DNA of 62,924 nt, the filler included, from Craspedostauros australis (taxonomy: Eukaryota), in assembly GCA_030167865.1 (NCBI GenBank). It is 19 parts of 19 records of this genome, joined end to end, with 100 filler letters (N's around TTAATTAATTAA, not from the genome) between each part and the next. Parts side by side here need not be neighbours in the genome. Positions count along the whole stretch, not along the records: positions 61,518 to 62,924 come from JALAGF010000444.1; 18 more parts are not named here. One strand, written 5' to 3'. A model generated the notes under the pieces. The model had not been told where the DNA came from and did no database searches. It saw only the letters and a program-made list of their open reading frames with translations. Positions 61,518 through 62,924 of the stretch are shown in pieces. A program made the position numbers and the translations under genes. Positions within the stretch are counted from its first letter, which is position 1. The number at the start of each line of letters is the position of its first letter.

Positions 61518-62924
61518 TCCTTCAGCCAACACACCTCGTGGGTGGATCGCACCCCTGTCCCACTTGTGAAGGCCTTGCCAGTAGGATGAAGCAGAATGGC
61601 ATCCATTTCAACCTTGCTTGCATCCAGAAGGAAGGCAACTGAAGATCGCACCGGAAAGTCACACATATTTTGAAACACCTCTTGTTCCGTTGTTGCCTTG
61701 TGACCTGACCTGACCGCCTTGCGTAGTTGCCCACTCACAAAGCTGAAGTGCGTATCGATTGGGCACTTGCCAGTTTGAGCTTCAGTATACACCCATTGTG
61801 TGATCTTTGGTAGATGTGCCATTGCCTCTTGGTTCTGTGCATGGTAGATGAATGGGACAAGTTGTTGACTTGCAAAGCAGCTCGCATTGTCACTCTCAAT
61901 GACAAGNGTCTTGGCACCTGGATGCACCTCCTGTACAAGCCCTGGCAAAACTGTCAACACTGCTGCCACCATCCTGTGGTCTTGAGCTTTGTGACCTTTG
62001 ACCAGGAGGTCAAGGAAACGATGGTGAAATTCGCCTTCTTCGAAAGCTGTGGTCATGACACCAAGCAGTGACATGCCATTCTTCCCAAAGAAATCCTGTT
62101 GTGACTCCAATCGCTCTGAAGGTAAGATCTTCTGTTTGAAGTCAAGGATGCAAAGGACCTTGCCTTCCTCCAGCTTCAGACTCTCTCTGATCTCTCGAAG
62201 CTTGATGAATTGCACCTTGGCCCGGATCTTGTGAGCCATTAATGACTGCAAGCGAAGTTGCAATTCGTCAATGGCATCCACCATGGTTGCGAGTTCTTGC
62301 TCGTATGCTGTGCCCTTCATTTTGTTCAGGATGGCAGTGATGCAAGGCTTCACAATGAAAGGAAGGAATGACATGGTATTTCCACATATGTCACAAAATC
62401 CCTTCCAAGTGGAACACTTGTTTTTCTCAAGAGCAAATGAAGCGCAGTGGAATGCGTCTTCAGAGCACATCTTCTGCATGTGTGAGAAGCCATACTCCCA
62501 CTGCACAAACACTGAGATTGCGTGCCATTGCTTCAGCACTTCATCGCGAGTCCCAGGCGACAGCAACATTGGCAGTGGGGGTGGAGGCTTTGGAACCTTG
62601 TCAGGATCCACCTTGTCAGCCATTGGGACTTCATATGTATTCTCCTTGCTGGGTGTTGGGATGCTGCTGAGTCTATGGAGCATGTCCTTGAATATCTCTG
62701 ATGGCCTGTAGAAGTCGATGTAGTAGGATGAGAGGCCAGCATGACATTGACTATGCCGGGTGAGCAATTTGGCCAATTCGTAGAAGGTTGGCCTCCCAAC
62801 ATTATCAATGGTGGACTTTTTGTACTGTCGGAAAAGTTCGTCAATGCTCCAAGCACCCAACTCGAACACAGGAAGATCAGGGAAGTCCTCGCCCCGGAAC
62901 TTGATGGACCGGCACAACCCAGGC
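61518..62924 (-). mobile_element. Second Sola3-like DDD transposase (partial, both ends cut)
   Basis: ILDFKQKILP...ESQQDFFGKNG, ESDNASCF and TEAQTGKCPID, plus an upstream HC...C...CxxC cluster; homologous to 20628-21875. Confidence 0.72.

Noticed and set aside
1..62924. tRNA, rRNA, CRISPR arrays or prokaryotic operons/defence systems
   Set aside because: None recognisable; the genes have spliceosomal introns, and neighbourhoods across linkers cannot be trusted.

Overview
Eukaryotic, intron-containing DNA that looks like a diatom (bipartite plastid-targeting peptides, diatom-type Copia/CoDi elements, an ERxLQ secretory motif); the species cannot be assigned from sequence alone. The window is about 19 short contigs joined by an artificial ~100-nt N-TTAATTAATTAA-N linker, so order across linkers is unreliable. 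Host genes I could model with splice sites: a BOR/SLC4 anion transporter, a plastid-targeted MFS transporter, ISD11 (missed by the ORF track), an XPA-like protein, an SGNH-like protein and a PCO/ADO cysteine dioxygenase. There are also partial VWA, glycosyltransferase-like and STAND-ATPase genes and a block of three lesioned genes. Much of the rest is mobile DNA: at least four Copia-type lineages, about five LTR families with nested insertions, two Sola3-like DDD transposases and a CryptonS-like element. Best leads: (1) a probable dual-coding locus, where one ATG gives a 58-aa Tom5-like membrane microprotein if unspliced, or reads in frame into the XPA-like protein if a 149-nt GT-AG intron is removed; (2) a PCO/ADO whose own predicted N-terminus is Met-Cys-Gly, a possible substrate of its own Cys/Arg N-degron pathway; (3) a conserved ~370-aa unassigned region between integrase and RT in two diverged Copia copies. 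All family assignments come from motif recognition, not database searches.
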